A DNA stretch of 64,000 nucleotides from an uncultured Thermoleophilia bacterium. Its GTDB lineage: Bacteria > Actinomycetota > Thermoleophilia > UBA2241. The notes under the pieces are model-generated. The model did not search any database and had not been told where the DNA came from. It was given only the letters and a program-made list of their open reading frames with translations. The DNA lies in assembly GCA_963715985.1 (NCBI GenBank), contig CAVQSP010000010.1:160001-224000 (forward strand), read 5' to 3'. The stretch's first letter is position 1; each line of letters begins with the position of its first letter. Positions 20,024 through 31,593 of this stretch are shown in pieces. The position numbers and the translations under genes were made by a program.

Positions 20024-23000
20024 CTACTTGGCCGCGGCCCCGCGGTGCCTTGCCGTGATCTGCTCGGCCTCGCCGGGGGCGAGCTTCTCCATCTTGACGG
20101 CGCAGACCTTGAACTCCGCCGTCTTGGTCACGGGGTCGCCGGCCGAGTTGGTGAGCTCGTTGACCGGCGACTCCTTGTAGTGGAACGTCATGAACGTGAC
20201 GCCCGGAGCCACGCGGTCGGTGACCTGGATCCGCGTCGTGATGGAGCCGCGGCGCGAGCTCACGCGGATGAGCTCGCCGTCCTCGAAGCCGTACCGCGCC
20301 GCGTCCTCGGGGTTGACCATGGCCAGCTCCCACGGGCGCAGCATCTCGAGGCTCGCCGAGATGCGCGTGGAGATGTTGTACTGGTAGAGCATGCGGCCCG
20401 TGGTGAGCAACGTGGGGTACTCGTCGTCCACGATCTCCGCCGGGGGCTGGAAGGGGATGCCCTGCAGCAAGCCCTTGCCGCGCGTGAACTTGCCCTGGTG
20501 AAGGAACTGCGTGCCGGGGTGGTCCGGAGTCGGGCACGGCCACTGGACGCCGCCCTCGTTCTCGATGCGCTCCCACGTGATGCCGCCGAAGGTCGGGACG
20601 AGTCTGCTGACCTCCTGGAAGACCTCCTCGGGGGAGTTGAAAGGCATCGGGTAGCCGAGCCGCGCGGCCAGGTCGAGGATGATCTCCCAGTCCGGACGGC
20701 ACTCTCCCGGCGGGTCCACGGCCTTACGCACGCGCTGCACGCGGCGCTCGGTGTTGGTGAAGGTGCCGTCCTTCTCGGCGTACAGCGCGGCCGGGAGGAA
20801 GACGTCGGCGTGCGTGGCCGTCTCCGTCATGAAGATGTTCTGCACGACGAGGAGGTCCAGGCTCTGCAGTGCCCTGCGCACATGGTTGGCGTCGGCGTCG
20901 GTGAGGGCCGGGTCCTCGCCCATCACGAACATGGCCTTGAGCTTGCCCTCCACGGCGGCGTCGAGCATCTCGGGGATGCGCAGGCCGACCTTGTCCGGCA
21001 TCGGCACGCCGTAGGCCTCCGAGAACTTGGCCTTGGCGGCCTCGTCGAGCACGCTCGGGTAGCCGGGGAAGGAGTTGGGCAGGGCGCCCATGTCGCAGGA
21101 GCCCTGCACGTTGTTCTGGCCGCGCATGGGGTTGACGCCGGCGTTTGGCTTGCCGATGTGGCCGGTGACCATGCCGAGGTTGGCCAGGTTCATCACGTTG
21201 GCCGTGCCCACCGTGTGCTCGGTGATGCCCAGCGTGTAGAAGATGCCGGCCTTCTCGGTCTTGGCGTACAGCTCGGCGGCCGCGACGATCTGCTCGGCGG
21301 GGATGCCGGTGATCTCGGAGGCCCGCTCGGCCGGGTAGTCCTTGACCGTGTCCCACAGGTCGTCCCAGCCCTCACAGCGTTCGTCGATGTACGCCTGGTC
21401 GTGCCAGCCGTTGGTGATGATGGTGTGCAGCACGCCGTTGACGAACGCGTTGTCCGTACCCGGCCTGATCTGCAGCCACATGTAGGCGTGGTCCGCAAGC
21501 TCGGTACGCCGTGGGTCGATGACGATGAGCTTGGCGCCGCGGGCCGCGGCCTGCTTCATCTTGTTGCCGATGATCGGGTGCGCCTCGGTGGCGTTGGACC
21601 CGATGATGAAGAGCACGTCGTCACCGACGATCTCCCCGATGGAGTTCGTCATTGCGCCTGAACCGAGCGTGGCGGCCAGACCGGCCACCGTTGGAGCGTG
21701 TCAGGTACGTGCGCAGTGGTCTATGGAGTTCGTGTTGAGACCCGCCCTCGTGAGTCTCTGCAGGAGGTAGTTCTCCTCGTTGGTGCAGCGGGCCGAGCTG
21801 AGCACGCCGATGGCGTCCGGCCCGTCCTCCTCCTTGATGCGCAGGAGCCGCTCGGCCACGTAGTCGAGGGCCTCGTCCCAGGTGGCCTGCTCCCAGATGC
21901 CGCCGCGCTTGATGAGCGGGTGCGTGATGCGCTCCGGGCTGTCGATGAGGTCGGTGTGGAAGCGGCCCTTGACGCACAGCGAGCCCTGGTTGACCGGGGC
22001 GTCGTAGGCGGCGGTGACGCCGACCACCTTGCCGTCGACCACGTTGAGGTCGAAGTTGCAGCCCACGCCGCAGAACGGGCAAGTGGTGCGCACCTTGCTG
22101 CGCTCGAAGGCGCGCGTGCGCGTGAGCTGGCGGTTCGTGAGCGCACCCGTGGGGCACATGTCCACGCACTGCCCGCAGAAGCGGCAGAACGAGGTGTCGA
22201 GCTGGTGGTCGAACGGCCCGGCGATCTTGGCGTTGAAGCCGCGCTGGGTGAAGTTGATGGCCTCGGTGACCTGCACCTCGCGGCACACGCCCACGCACTT
22301 GCCGCAGAGGATGCAGCGCTTGGGGTCGTAGGCGATGAGCGGCTGCTCCTCGTAGGCGTCGTAGTCGCGGGCCTCGGCGCCCTGGAAGCGGTTGTCGAAG
22401 ACCTCGTACTCGATGCCGAGGCATTGCAGCTCGCAGTCGCCGTGCGCCTCGCACGTGCACTGCAGGCACAGCTGGGCGCCGCGTACTGCCTCGTCCTCGG
22501 GGAAGCCGAGCTCGATCTGCTCGAAGGTGGTCTTGCGGTCCTCGGGCCAGAGCTTGGGCATGTGCGCCGGGGCGCTGATCTCGGAGATGCCGGCGTTGAT
22601 GTCGATGAACACGGGCGGCACCTCGGCCATGCGGCGGATGCGCGGGTCGATGCCGCCCTTGGCGTCGAGCGCCTCGAGGAACGGCGTGCGGCGCAGGTCG
22701 TGGAGCTGCTGCGAGATGGCCTTCATGTCGTCGCCGCGCAGGTAGGCGTCCATGCTCCAGGCCGCCTTCTTGCCCTGGGCGACGGCCTGGATCACGGTCT
22801 GGGCGCCGAGCACGGCGTCACCGCCGGCGAAGACCTGCGGGTCGCCGGTCTGCAGCGTCCAGTCGTCTACCTGGATGGTGCGCCAGCGCGTGTGGGCGAT
22901 GCCCTGCTCCTCGCCGGCGCCGTCCAGCAGCGGGAACTGGCCGGTGGCGCTGATGATCTGGTCGCATTCCACGACGAACTCGGAGTCCTCGAGGGGCACA

Positions 23001-24286
23001 GGGCGCCGGCGGCCGGAGGCGTCCGGCTCACCGAGCTCCATGCGGATCAACTCGATGCCGTGCACGTTGCCGGCGTCGTCGGTGAGCACGCGCACCGGCG
23101 CCACCTGCAGGACCATGCGCACGCCCTCCTCCTCGGCCTCGTCGACCTCGGTGTGGTGGGCGGGCATCTCCTTGCGCGAGCGCCGGTAGAGGCACGTGAC
23201 CTCGTCGGCGCCCAGGCGCACGGCGGTGCGGCAGGCGTCCATGGCGGTGAAGCCGCCGCCGATGACGCTGACCTTCTTGCCGACCGCGACAACGCCGTGG
23301 CGCTCGTAGTCGCCGAGGAAGTCGACGGCCGTCACGCTGCCGGGGGCCTCCTCGCCGGGGATGTTCATGGTGTTGGAGTTGAAGGCGCCCAGGGCGAGGA
23401 AGACGACGTCGTACTCGGCCTTGAGGTCCTCGAGCTGGAAGTCGGTGCCCAGGCGCACGCCCGTCTGGATCTCCACGCCCATGCGCCAGAGGATGTTGAT
23501 CTCGGCCTCCAGGATGTCGCGCGGCAGGCGGTACGACGGGATGCCGTAGCGGAGCATGCCGCCCGGCTTGGGCTGCGCCTCGAAGATCTTGACGGCGTGG
23601 CCCTCGAGGCGGGCGTAGAAGGCGGCGGCGAGGCCGGCGGGCCCGCCGCCCACGATGGCGATCTTCTTGCCGGAGTCCGGCTTGGGCTCGGCCGGCAGCA
23701 GCAGCTCGCCGGTCTGCTCGGCCGGGCGCGTCTGGTCGGCCATGAAGCGGTGCAGCTGGCAGATGGTGATGGGCTCCTCCACCAGCTGGCGGCGGCACGG
23801 GCCCTCACAGGGCCGCGGGCAGACGCGTCCGAGGATGCCGGGGAAGGGCAGGTCCTGACGCAGCACGCGCATGCCGCCCTCGTAATCCCGCTCGGCGATG
23901 CGGCCGAGGAAGTCGGGGATCTTGATGTGCGTGGGGCAGGCGTCGCGGCAGGGCGGCGTGCAGTACGACGTGTGGTCGCTGAAGATGAGCTCCAGGTTGA
24001 GCTGGCGGATGGCGCGCAGCTCCGCCGTCTGCGTGGTGATGACCATGCCGTCCACGGCCGGCGTGTCGCAGGCGGTGACCGGGTCCTTGCGGCCCTCCAC
24101 CTCGACGATGCACAGGCGGCACGCCGAAGCGACGTGCAGCGTGTCGTGGTAGCAGAGGGTGGGGATGGTGACGCCGGCCACCCGGGCGGCCTCGAGGATG
24201 CTGGAGCCCTCGGGGACGATGACGGGGTGGCCGTCGACGGTGAGCGCGATCACGTCGGTCGCGCGTGAGGCTGCGGACTCGGTCAC
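20024..24286 (-). CDS. fdhF: Selenocysteine formate dehydrogenase alpha fused to 2Fe-2S and GltD-like FAD/NADPH modules (~1420 aa)
   Basis: In-frame TGA at 21701-21703 in [27 protein letters not shown] joins two ORFs; CPFCGVGC, RGQNNVQG; GGAG RBS before GTG at 24286. Confidence 0.92.
21665..21703 (-). promoter_or_regulatory. Bacterial SECIS element of fdh
   Basis: UGA + 11 nt + GGUGGCC-GGUCU-GGCCGCC hairpin with an E. coli fdh-like GGUCU loop. Confidence 0.85.
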
Positions 24287-24493
24287 AGCAACTCCATTCG
24301 CTCGCTCGGCACTGGCACCTCGGTCGCACACGCGGCGGCCGGCGCTCCCACGGGAGGCCGTCGCTCGGCCGGATGCCGGCCGGCGAAGGCCGCCTCCACA
24401 GACGGACACTTCCCGAGCGGTCCAGGCGCCCGAGAAGCAGATACAGTGTACAACGCGCGAGGCTGGGGTTGAAGCGCGGCGCTCGAGCGCTGT

Positions 24494-25177
24494 TCAGCCG
24501 GCGGCGCGCTCCGCGCGGGCGCGGATGCCGCGCAGCATCCCCCGCTCCATGAGCAGGTGCGCCGGCCCGAGCATCACGCCGCGGGCGGCGCGCGCCGACA
24601 CAGTGTCGGCCCACGCCGCCCGCGAGCGCACGAGCAGGCGCGTGCTCGCGGGGCCCGGCGTCTGGAGCACGAAGGCCCAGGTCCACTCGATCTCGCCCTT
24701 GAAGAAGTCCCCGGGCCCCTGAGGAGGCTCGCCGGGCGCGCCGCTGCGCAGCACGAGGGCGCGCTCGGGCTCCAGCGTGACGATGGTCATCTTCATGACC
24801 CCGTCCGGGTCCAGCGTGATGAAGTCCTCGCCGGCGCGCAGGTGCTGCCATTCGGGCCGGACTTCGTCGGCGTTGCGGATCTTGAGGCCGGCGAGGTTCT
24901 CCAGGCGGGCGTAGCTGTAGAAGCCGCCGCGATTCTGGCCCAGCTGCAGGAGCCAGGGCCAGACGGCGGCGGCCGGCGCCGCGATGGTGATGGCGCGCGT
25001 CGTCACGTAGAGCGGGTTGTCGATGAGCTCGTCGCCGGGCAGCGGCGCTACGACCTCATCCCACGTGGCGCCCCAGTCCATGACGCGCGGTCGTGCCTCG
25101 GACCAGATCGCCGCGACCGCGCCGGTCACCGCCGCCCCGGCCAGAAGTGCCACCCCTACCGTGCGTCTCATGGTCAC
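24494..25177 (-). CDS. SRPBCC-like conserved protein
   Basis: TRAITIAAPAAAVWPWLLQLGQNRGGFYSY; paralog of 4607-5245. Confidence 0.78.
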   Translation of the reverse strand: MTMRRTVGVALLAGAAVTGAVAAIWSEARPRVMDWGATWDEVVAPLPGDELIDNPLYVTTRAITIAAPAAAVWPWLLQLGQNRGGFYSYARLENLAGLKIRNADEVRPEWQHLRAGEDFITLDPDGVMKMTIVTLEPERALVLRSGAPGEPPQGPGDFFKGEIEWTWAFVLQTPGPASTRLLVRSRAAWADTVSARAARGVMLGPAHLLMERGMLRGIRARAERAAG

Positions 25178-25203
25178 GCCTCCCTGCCGCCGTCACCGGC
25201 AGC

Positions 25204-25787
25204 TTACCCGCCTGCAGCGACGATCTCGCGCGCGAGAGATACAGCCACCACCTCGGCGCCGGCCTCGGTGAAGTGGACGCCGTCCACCGTGAAGGGGCCG
25301 CGCCCGGCCGCCGCCGCCTCCGCGAACGCCGGGCGCAGGTCCAGGGTGCGTGCCGCGGGCCACGCGCCGGCGCAGCTCGCGAAGGCGTCGCCGAGCTCGT
25401 CGGCGTGAGCCTCCCACACCGAGCCCTCCGCCTCCAGCACGAGAGGCCGCACGCACACCATCCGGGGCGCCCGCTCCGCCGTCCATCCAGCACGCGCGCG
25501 TAGTCGGCGGAGATGCCGGCGAGCCGCGACTCCCAGCTCCACGCGGCCGCGTCGCCGGCCGCGTCCCACACCCCGGCGACGGCGTCGTTGACGCCTATCC
25601 ACACGAAGGCGAGGTCGACGGCGCCGGGGTCCTGCCGGGGCGCGCGCCGCAGGAGGTCGGCCACGGAGTCGCCCGCGCGACCGAGGTTGAGCAGCCGGTG
25701 CGCGGCGAACCGCTCCTCGAGCAGCGGGAAGAAGGCGGCGCCCGGCCACCCCTCAGTGAGACTGTCACCCAGGAAGGCGATCCTCAT
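25204..25787 (-). CDS. SGNH/GDSL hydrolase, frameshift near 25485
   Basis: GDSLTEG, IGVND, DGVHF blocks split over two frames. Confidence 0.85.
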
Positions 25788-25857
25788 GGACTGAGTCTAC
25801 GCCGGGCACCGCCTCGGTGTAGGCTGTGCGTCGGCGCCCACCCTGTTGCCGAGGACC

Positions 25858-26319
25858 ATGACCATGAGCCAGCAGTATCGCCATACCCAGGTCGGCTGGA
25901 CGATCATCGTGCTCGTGGTCGCCGCCGTGGTCGCCGAGATCCTCCTCGTGGTCGTCCTCGCTCCCGGCAGCACGCTCGCTCTCTCCCTCTCGGGCGCGTT
26001 GGCCGCCATCCTCGCCGTCACGCTGGTCCTGTTCTCCACCCTCACCGTGACCGTGGACGACGCCGCCGTCCGGCTGGCCTTCGGGCTGGAGGCACTGCGT
26101 CGCGAGGTCTCCCTGGACCAGATCGCCGAGGCCCGCAGAGTACGCAACGCCTGGTACTCGGGCTGGGGCGTGCGCGTCATCCCCAACGGCCGCCTGTACA
26201 ACGTGGGCGGGCTGGATGCCGTCGAGCTGCAACTGGACAACGGACGCGTGGTGCGCGTGGGCACCGACGAGCCAGACGTGCTCCTGGCGGCGGTGCAGCG
26301 CGCGCTGCGGGAGAGATAG
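25858..26319 (+). CDS. Two-TM membrane protein with small C-terminal soluble domain
   Basis: YRHTQVGW, two TMs, GWGVR..LYNVGG..AVEL..GTDEP. Confidence 0.75.
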   Translation: MTMSQQYRHTQVGWTIIVLVVAAVVAEILLVVVLAPGSTLALSLSGALAAILAVTLVLFSTLTVTVDDAAVRLAFGLEALRREVSLDQIAEARRVRNAWYSGWGVRVIPNGRLYNVGGLDAVELQLDNGRVVRVGTDEPDVLLAAVQRALRER

Positions 26320-26331
26320 GAGGCGAGAGAG

Positions 26332-26970
26332 GTGAGCCCCAAGCACCGCACTTGCGACGACGCGGCGGGCGTGCCCGACCCCAGCGGCCTCGAGGTCCTG
26401 CTGACACGGCTGATGCTGCACGGCGTCATGAGCGGGGCGTACAGGAAGTGGGTCATCAGCATCGGGCTGCGCGGCGACGAGCGCGTGCTGGACTACGGCA
26501 GCGGCAGCGGCGCCGCCGCGCGGCACCTGGTCAAGGTCCTTGAGGCCGGCGGCGGCCGCCTGACCTGCGCGGACATCTCGCCGGCCTGGCAGGCGGCGTT
26601 GCGCAAGACGCTGGCCGGCTGCGAGGTGGAGTACGCGCTCGGCGACATCCGCCGGCTGGAGCTGCCCGCCGGCTCCTTCGACGTCGTGGTGATGCACTGG
26701 ATGTTCCACGACGTGCCGGCAGCGGACCGCCGCGCCGTCCTCGACGAGCTGGCGCGCCTCCTGCGCCCGGGCGGTCGCCTGGCCACGCGCGAGCCTACGC
26801 GCCGCGACGAGGGCATCCCGGCGGTGCAGCTTCGTGGCCTCCTGAAGGGCGCCGGACTGCGCGAGCTCCGCGGCTTCGAGGCGTCCGCCTTCATGATGGG
26901 GCCGTACTACTCAGGCGTGTGGGAGAAGCCGGAGGCCGCCGAGGCCGCCGAGGGCGGCGACGGGCGCTGA
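26332..26970 (+). CDS. Class I SAM-dependent methyltransferase
   Basis: VLDYGSGSG, SFDVV, LLRPGG. Confidence 0.9.
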   Translation: MSPKHRTCDDAAGVPDPSGLEVLLTRLMLHGVMSGAYRKWVISIGLRGDERVLDYGSGSGAAARHLVKVLEAGGGRLTCADISPAWQAALRKTLAGCEVEYALGDIRRLELPAGSFDVVVMHWMFHDVPAADRRAVLDELARLLRPGGRLATREPTRRDEGIPAVQLRGLLKGAGLRELRGFEASAFMMGPYYSGVWEKPEAAEAAEGGDGR

Positions 26971-27018
26971 GGCGCCGGCCGGCTCCGTCCGCCCAGTCTC
27001 GCCGCCGCCCCGCGGTCC

Positions 27019-28038
27019 TCAGCTCGCCGGCTGCTGCTGCGTGATGCAGTGGATGTTGCCGTCGGCCTTGGCGAGCTCCAGCGTGGGGAGCTGGACCACC
27101 TGCCGGCGCGGGAAGAGGCCGCCTACGATCCGCGCCGCCTCCTCGTCCGCGGCGTCGCCGAACCCCGGCAGCAGCACAGCGCCGTCGGCGACGTAGAAGT
27201 TGACGTAGGAGGGCGAGAGCAGGGCGCCGCGGTACTCCATCCTCGGCGGCGCCGGAAGCTCGACCACCTCGAGGGCGCGCCCGGCCGTGTCGCGCTCCGC
27301 GCGCAGGCGGGCCAGGTTCTCGTGGACGGCCTCGTGCTGAGGGTCCTCGCGGTCGTCGCAGCCCAGCGCGACGACCACGCCGGGTGCCGTGAAGGCCGCC
27401 AGGTTGTCCACGTGCCCGCCGGTGTTGTCGTGCTCCAGCGGGGCCGCCAGCCAGATGACGCGTTCGGCGCCGAGGTATGCGCAGAGGAGGCGCTCCGCCT
27501 CGTCCCTGGACAGTCCCGGGTTGCGGCGGGGGTCCAGGACCACGCTCTCCGTGGTGAGCAGGGTGCCGGCGCCGTCTGTGTGCACGGCGCCGCCCTCGAG
27601 CACCAGCGGCGCCGCGAAGCGCCGCGCCCCCACCAGGTCGAGGATGCGCCGCGCCATGTTGGCGGTGCGCGCGTACTCCGCGTAGATGCCGCCGTAGGCG
27701 TTGAAGCGCCAGTCCACGCCGGCCAGGCCGCCGCGCCCGTCGATGAGGAAGGTCGGCGCGGTGTCACGGGCCCACGAGTCGTCGCTGGGCACTGCGACGA
27801 CGTCGATCTCGGCGCCCGTGGCCGCAAGAGCGCGGCGGGCCGCCGCGGCGTGCTCCGCGTTGGCCGTCATCGTGACCGGCTCGTGGCGGGCGATGGCGTG
27901 CGCGACCTCCACGAACGTGGCGCGCGCCTTCTCGATGTCGTCCCAGTTCTCCGGGCGGCACGGCCAGGCCATCCAGCACCCCGCGTGCGGGGCCCATTCG
28001 GCCGGCATGAAGAAGCCCGCTTCTCGAGGTGTCGTCAC
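27019..28038 (-). CDS. aguA: Agmatine deiminase
   Basis: MPAEWAPH, DSWARD, LEGGAV, TGGHVDN, SYVNFY, GNIHCITQQQP. Confidence 0.93.
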   Translation of the reverse strand: MTTPREAGFFMPAEWAPHAGCWMAWPCRPENWDDIEKARATFVEVAHAIARHEPVTMTANAEHAAAARRALAATGAEIDVVAVPSDDSWARDTAPTFLIDGRGGLAGVDWRFNAYGGIYAEYARTANMARRILDLVGARRFAAPLVLEGGAVHTDGAGTLLTTESVVLDPRRNPGLSRDEAERLLCAYLGAERVIWLAAPLEHDNTGGHVDNLAAFTAPGVVVALGCDDREDPQHEAVHENLARLRAERDTAGRALEVVELPAPPRMEYRGALLSPSYVNFYVADGAVLLPGFGDAADEEAARIVGGLFPRRQVVQLPTLELAKADGNIHCITQQQPAS

Positions 28039-28161
28039 GCCGCTCTCCTCCCGGGGGACCTTGGCAGCCCGCCTCGCGGTCGCGAGCTGCCCGCAGCATA
28101 CCCCGGCCCATACGGGGCCCCGCGCATCGGCTACAGTAAGGGGGGACGGCAAGGAGGGATC

Positions 28162-28761
28162 ATGGGAGGCGACACGCAGCTGCTGAGCGCACGCGCCGTG
28201 CGCCGGCTGGACGTCGGCACCGTCATCTGGGTGGTCGTGTGGGTGGCGCTCGGCGTGCTCATGTGGCAGGACATCGACGGTCAGACGCAGCTCGCCGGCG
28301 ACGTCGTCAAGGTCGGCGAGGCCGTGCAGAACACCGGGCAGGCGCTGGGAGTGGTCGGGGGGCTGCCGCTCGTGGGGGGCAGCATCGGTGAGTTCGCCGG
28401 CAAGATCGAGGCGCTCGGCAAGGAGGTCACGGTCAGCGGGCAGACGAGCCAGGACGGCATCCACCGGGTGGCGCTGATCGCCGGGCTGGCCGTCGGCATC
28501 CTGCCCGCCGCTCTCGCCCTGTTCCTGTACCTGCCCGTGCGCATGCGCTGGCGCCGCCACGTCAAGGCCGTGGCCGACGCGCTGCCGCAGGCGGCCGGCG
28601 ACCCCGCCTTCGAGCACTACCTGGCGCGGCGCGCCGTGGACGCGCTCACCTGGGACGAGCTGCGCGCGGTGAGCGGCGACCCGTGGAAGGCGATGGCGAA
28701 CGGCGACTACCGGGCGCTCGCCGACGCCGAGCTCGCGCGCCTCGGACTGAGCCGGCCGTAG
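28162..28761 (+). CDS. Hypothetical membrane protein
   Basis: AAGGAGG RBS; two TMs; C-terminus LADAELARLGL. Confidence 0.75.
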   Translation: MGGDTQLLSARAVRRLDVGTVIWVVVWVALGVLMWQDIDGQTQLAGDVVKVGEAVQNTGQALGVVGGLPLVGGSIGEFAGKIEALGKEVTVSGQTSQDGIHRVALIAGLAVGILPAALALFLYLPVRMRWRRHVKAVADALPQAAGDPAFEHYLARRAVDALTWDELRAVSGDPWKAMANGDYRALADAELARLGLSRP

Positions 28762-28881
28762 CCGGGGGTCCGGGGCGCTCGCCACGCCTCGCGGCTCTGT
28801 CACCGCACCCGCTGGCGCGGTGGTAGAGTGCCGCTGTGGCTCGCCCCGCAGGCGGGGCGCCTCTTCTACCTTGGAGGTCCG

Positions 28882-30742
28882 GTGCGCAAGTTCACCCGCG
28901 TGGCTGCTCATCGCCGCCGCCGTGCTGCTCGCGGCCGCCGGAGTGGCCGGCCTCGGGGCCGGCCCCGCGGCGGCCAAGGACTACTCCATCGACGACGTCA
29001 CCATCGACGCCAAGGTACTGCGCAACGGCGACGTGCGCGTACACGAGCAGCGCACACTGACGTTCTCCGGCACCTTCCACTACGTCTACTGGGACTACGA
29101 CACCAAGGGGTCGGAGGGCATCCGTGTCAGGGGCGCGGGCGGGCCCTCGGGACCGTACGCGGAGGGTCCCTCCTCCTTGGTCGGCTCGTCGATGATCGTG
29201 CCTGACACCTACGCGGTGCAGGAGGGGCTCGACACGGTGCGCGTGCAGCTGGACTTCGAGCTCACCGACACCGATGCCACCTTCTACGTGGACTACACAG
29301 CGTTCGGCGCCGCCAAGCGCTGGAAGGACACCGCCGAGCTGTACTGGCAGTTCATCGGCGCGGGCTCGGCCAAGCCCGCCGACCGCGCCACCATCACCGT
29401 GCACCTGCCCTCCGGCGTGACCACGAGCGAGGTACGCACGTGGACGCACGGACCGCTGTGGGGCACGGTGACCATCCAGCCCGACGGGAGCGTGGTCAGC
29501 GAGGTCTCGCCGCTCCCCGCCGAGACGTTCGTCGAGTCGCGCATCCTCTTCCCGGCGGACGCTCTGAGCGATGCGGCGCCCTCCGCGGCGCCCAGGCTGC
29601 AGGCCGTGCTCGACGAGGAGAAGGGGCTCGCCGACGCAGCGAACAGGTCGCGCCTGTGGGCGCGCGTCAAGGTCTTCCTGTGGAGCGTCCCCGGCGCCGG
29701 CCTGCCGCTCCTCGCGCTCATCCTCGTGCTGGTGCTGTACTTCAAGTACGGCCGCGAGCCCAAGACCCGGTTCAAGGCCGAGTACCTGCGCGACATCCCC
29801 GAGCCGTCGCTGCCGCCGGCCCTCGTCGGCTTCATCTGGCGCATGGGCAACGTGGCGCGCGAGGACGCCACCGCCACGCTGCTCGACCTGGTCAATCGCG
29901 GCGTGATCGCCATCGAGCGCGTACAGGTCGCCGAGGACGGTCTCTTCGGGGCCAAAGACCAGACCACGTACCGCCTCACGCTGCAGGAGGACCAGCTCGG
30001 CGGCCTGGCGGACTTCGAGCGCGACCTCGTCGACCTCGTCTTCGACACGATGGTGAGGTCGACGAGCTTCCTGCTCAGCGAGCTCAAGGACGAAGTCAAG
30101 AAGCGTCGCACGACGGTGGCCAGCGGGTACAAGTCGTGGACCGACAAGGTGCAGAAGGAGGGCGAGCGCCGCGGGTACCTGGACACCAGGGCCGACCGCA
30201 TGGCGTTCGCCGGGGCGGCCGTCTCCTTCATCGCCATCGTGGGTGCCGGCGCCGCCGCCGTGTTCAGCCAGTTCTGGTGGTTCCTCATCGGGGTCGTGGT
30301 GGGCATCTTGCTCGTCTCCCTCTCGCGCGCCATCAAGCGGCGCTCCCAGGAGGCTGCCGAACTGCACGCGCAGTACGAGGCGCTCAAGCGCTACATGAAG
30401 GACTTCGGGCGCATGGACGAGAAGCCGCCGGACGCCGTGGTCCTGTGGGAGCAGTTCCTCGTGTACGCCGTCGTGTTCGACATGGCCGACGAGGTGGTCA
30501 AGGCGATGCAGGTCAGGATCCCCGAGGTGGTCGAGGACCCGGCCTTCGGGCGCATGTACTGGCTCATGTTCCCCATGTACGGCCCGGGCGGCGGAGGGTC
30601 GCCCTTCTCGGAGATGAGCCAGAGCTTCACCCAGGCCGTGGCCGTGGCCACGTCGTCGTCCTCGTCGGGATCCGGCGGCGGAGGCGGCTTCTCCGGCGGC
30701 GGCGGAGGCGGCGGAGGCGGCGGAGGGTTCGGCGCCGGCTGA
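28882..30742 (+). CDS. DUF2207-family membrane protein, probable frameshift near 28897
   Basis: AELYWQFIG, WEQFLVYAV, Gly/Ser tail GGGFSGGGGGGGG; GGAGG-GTG start is one base out of frame with the signal peptide. Confidence 0.85.
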
Positions 30743-30897
30743 GCCCTGCGGGCCCGGCGCCATGAAGAGCTGGGCCGAAGCGGTTTACACTGTCGCGGAA
30801 TGGTTTACCCTGCCGCCGGAGCGGGCATGCTCCGGTCAAACGTGACCGCTACCCCAGGGCTCCGGAAGGCCGAAGGGGTGTGTCGAGGAGGGTTCCC

Positions 30898-31326
30898 ATG
30901 GCACGACCCGACCCCACAGTGTTCGGCGAGAAGGTCCGCCTCGTCTCCACCGCAGTCGCGGCGGCACGCGGCGCCGATCGCCGCCACTTCGATTTCACCG
31001 GGGAGGTGGCCCCGGGCGTGCGCCTCGTGCTGAGCGAAGCCGGCGACATCCCGCTCGCCCTCTCCCTGTGGACCCGGCAGGAGGACATCGCAGCGCTCTG
31101 CGGCGATGGGTCCGTGCCGGCCGCCGCGGCGCTGCTCGCCATCGACGGCGTCCAGGCGCGCGCTGCCACGGACGCCGGCTTCACCGTCGACCTGGCGCAG
31201 TTCAAGCGCAGCCAGCCGCAACCGGACGTCTACTACGCGCTGCTGGACCGCTCCAGCGAACGTCACGTCCACGCAGTCCTGCACGGGCTGGTGCCCGCGC
31301 TCAACGCACACCCGGTCGCCGCCTGA
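30898..31326 (+). CDS. Hypothetical protein (142 aa)
   Basis: GAGGAGG RBS, GC3-rich codons; ends HPVAA. Confidence 0.7.
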   Translation: MARPDPTVFGEKVRLVSTAVAAARGADRRHFDFTGEVAPGVRLVLSEAGDIPLALSLWTRQEDIAALCGDGSVPAAAALLAIDGVQARAATDAGFTVDLAQFKRSQPQPDVYYALLDRSSERHVHAVLHGLVPALNAHPVAA

Positions 31327-31593
31327 GTGACCCGCTCACCGGTGGCACAACGGGACGAGATGCCTTCCGGCAGCCCGGCGGCCGCGCCCTGCGAAGTGGG
31401 AGCGCGGCCGCGGCGTGGCCGGAGGGCGTCAGGCCGTTCGTCCCGCACGTTCTCACTCCCGGCCCGGCACCAACGGTACTCACCGTTGACACTGGTAGCA
31501 TGAACGTTCCCGACTGATCCACTGATCCGTACCCGAGAGGGCGGCGCGGCCATTGGGGCCACGCGCCGCACACCAAAGGAGGAGCACACCAAG

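Noticed and set aside
30650-30742. GGC/GGA tandem repeat
   Set aside because: Encodes the normal Gly-rich tail of DUF2207 proteins
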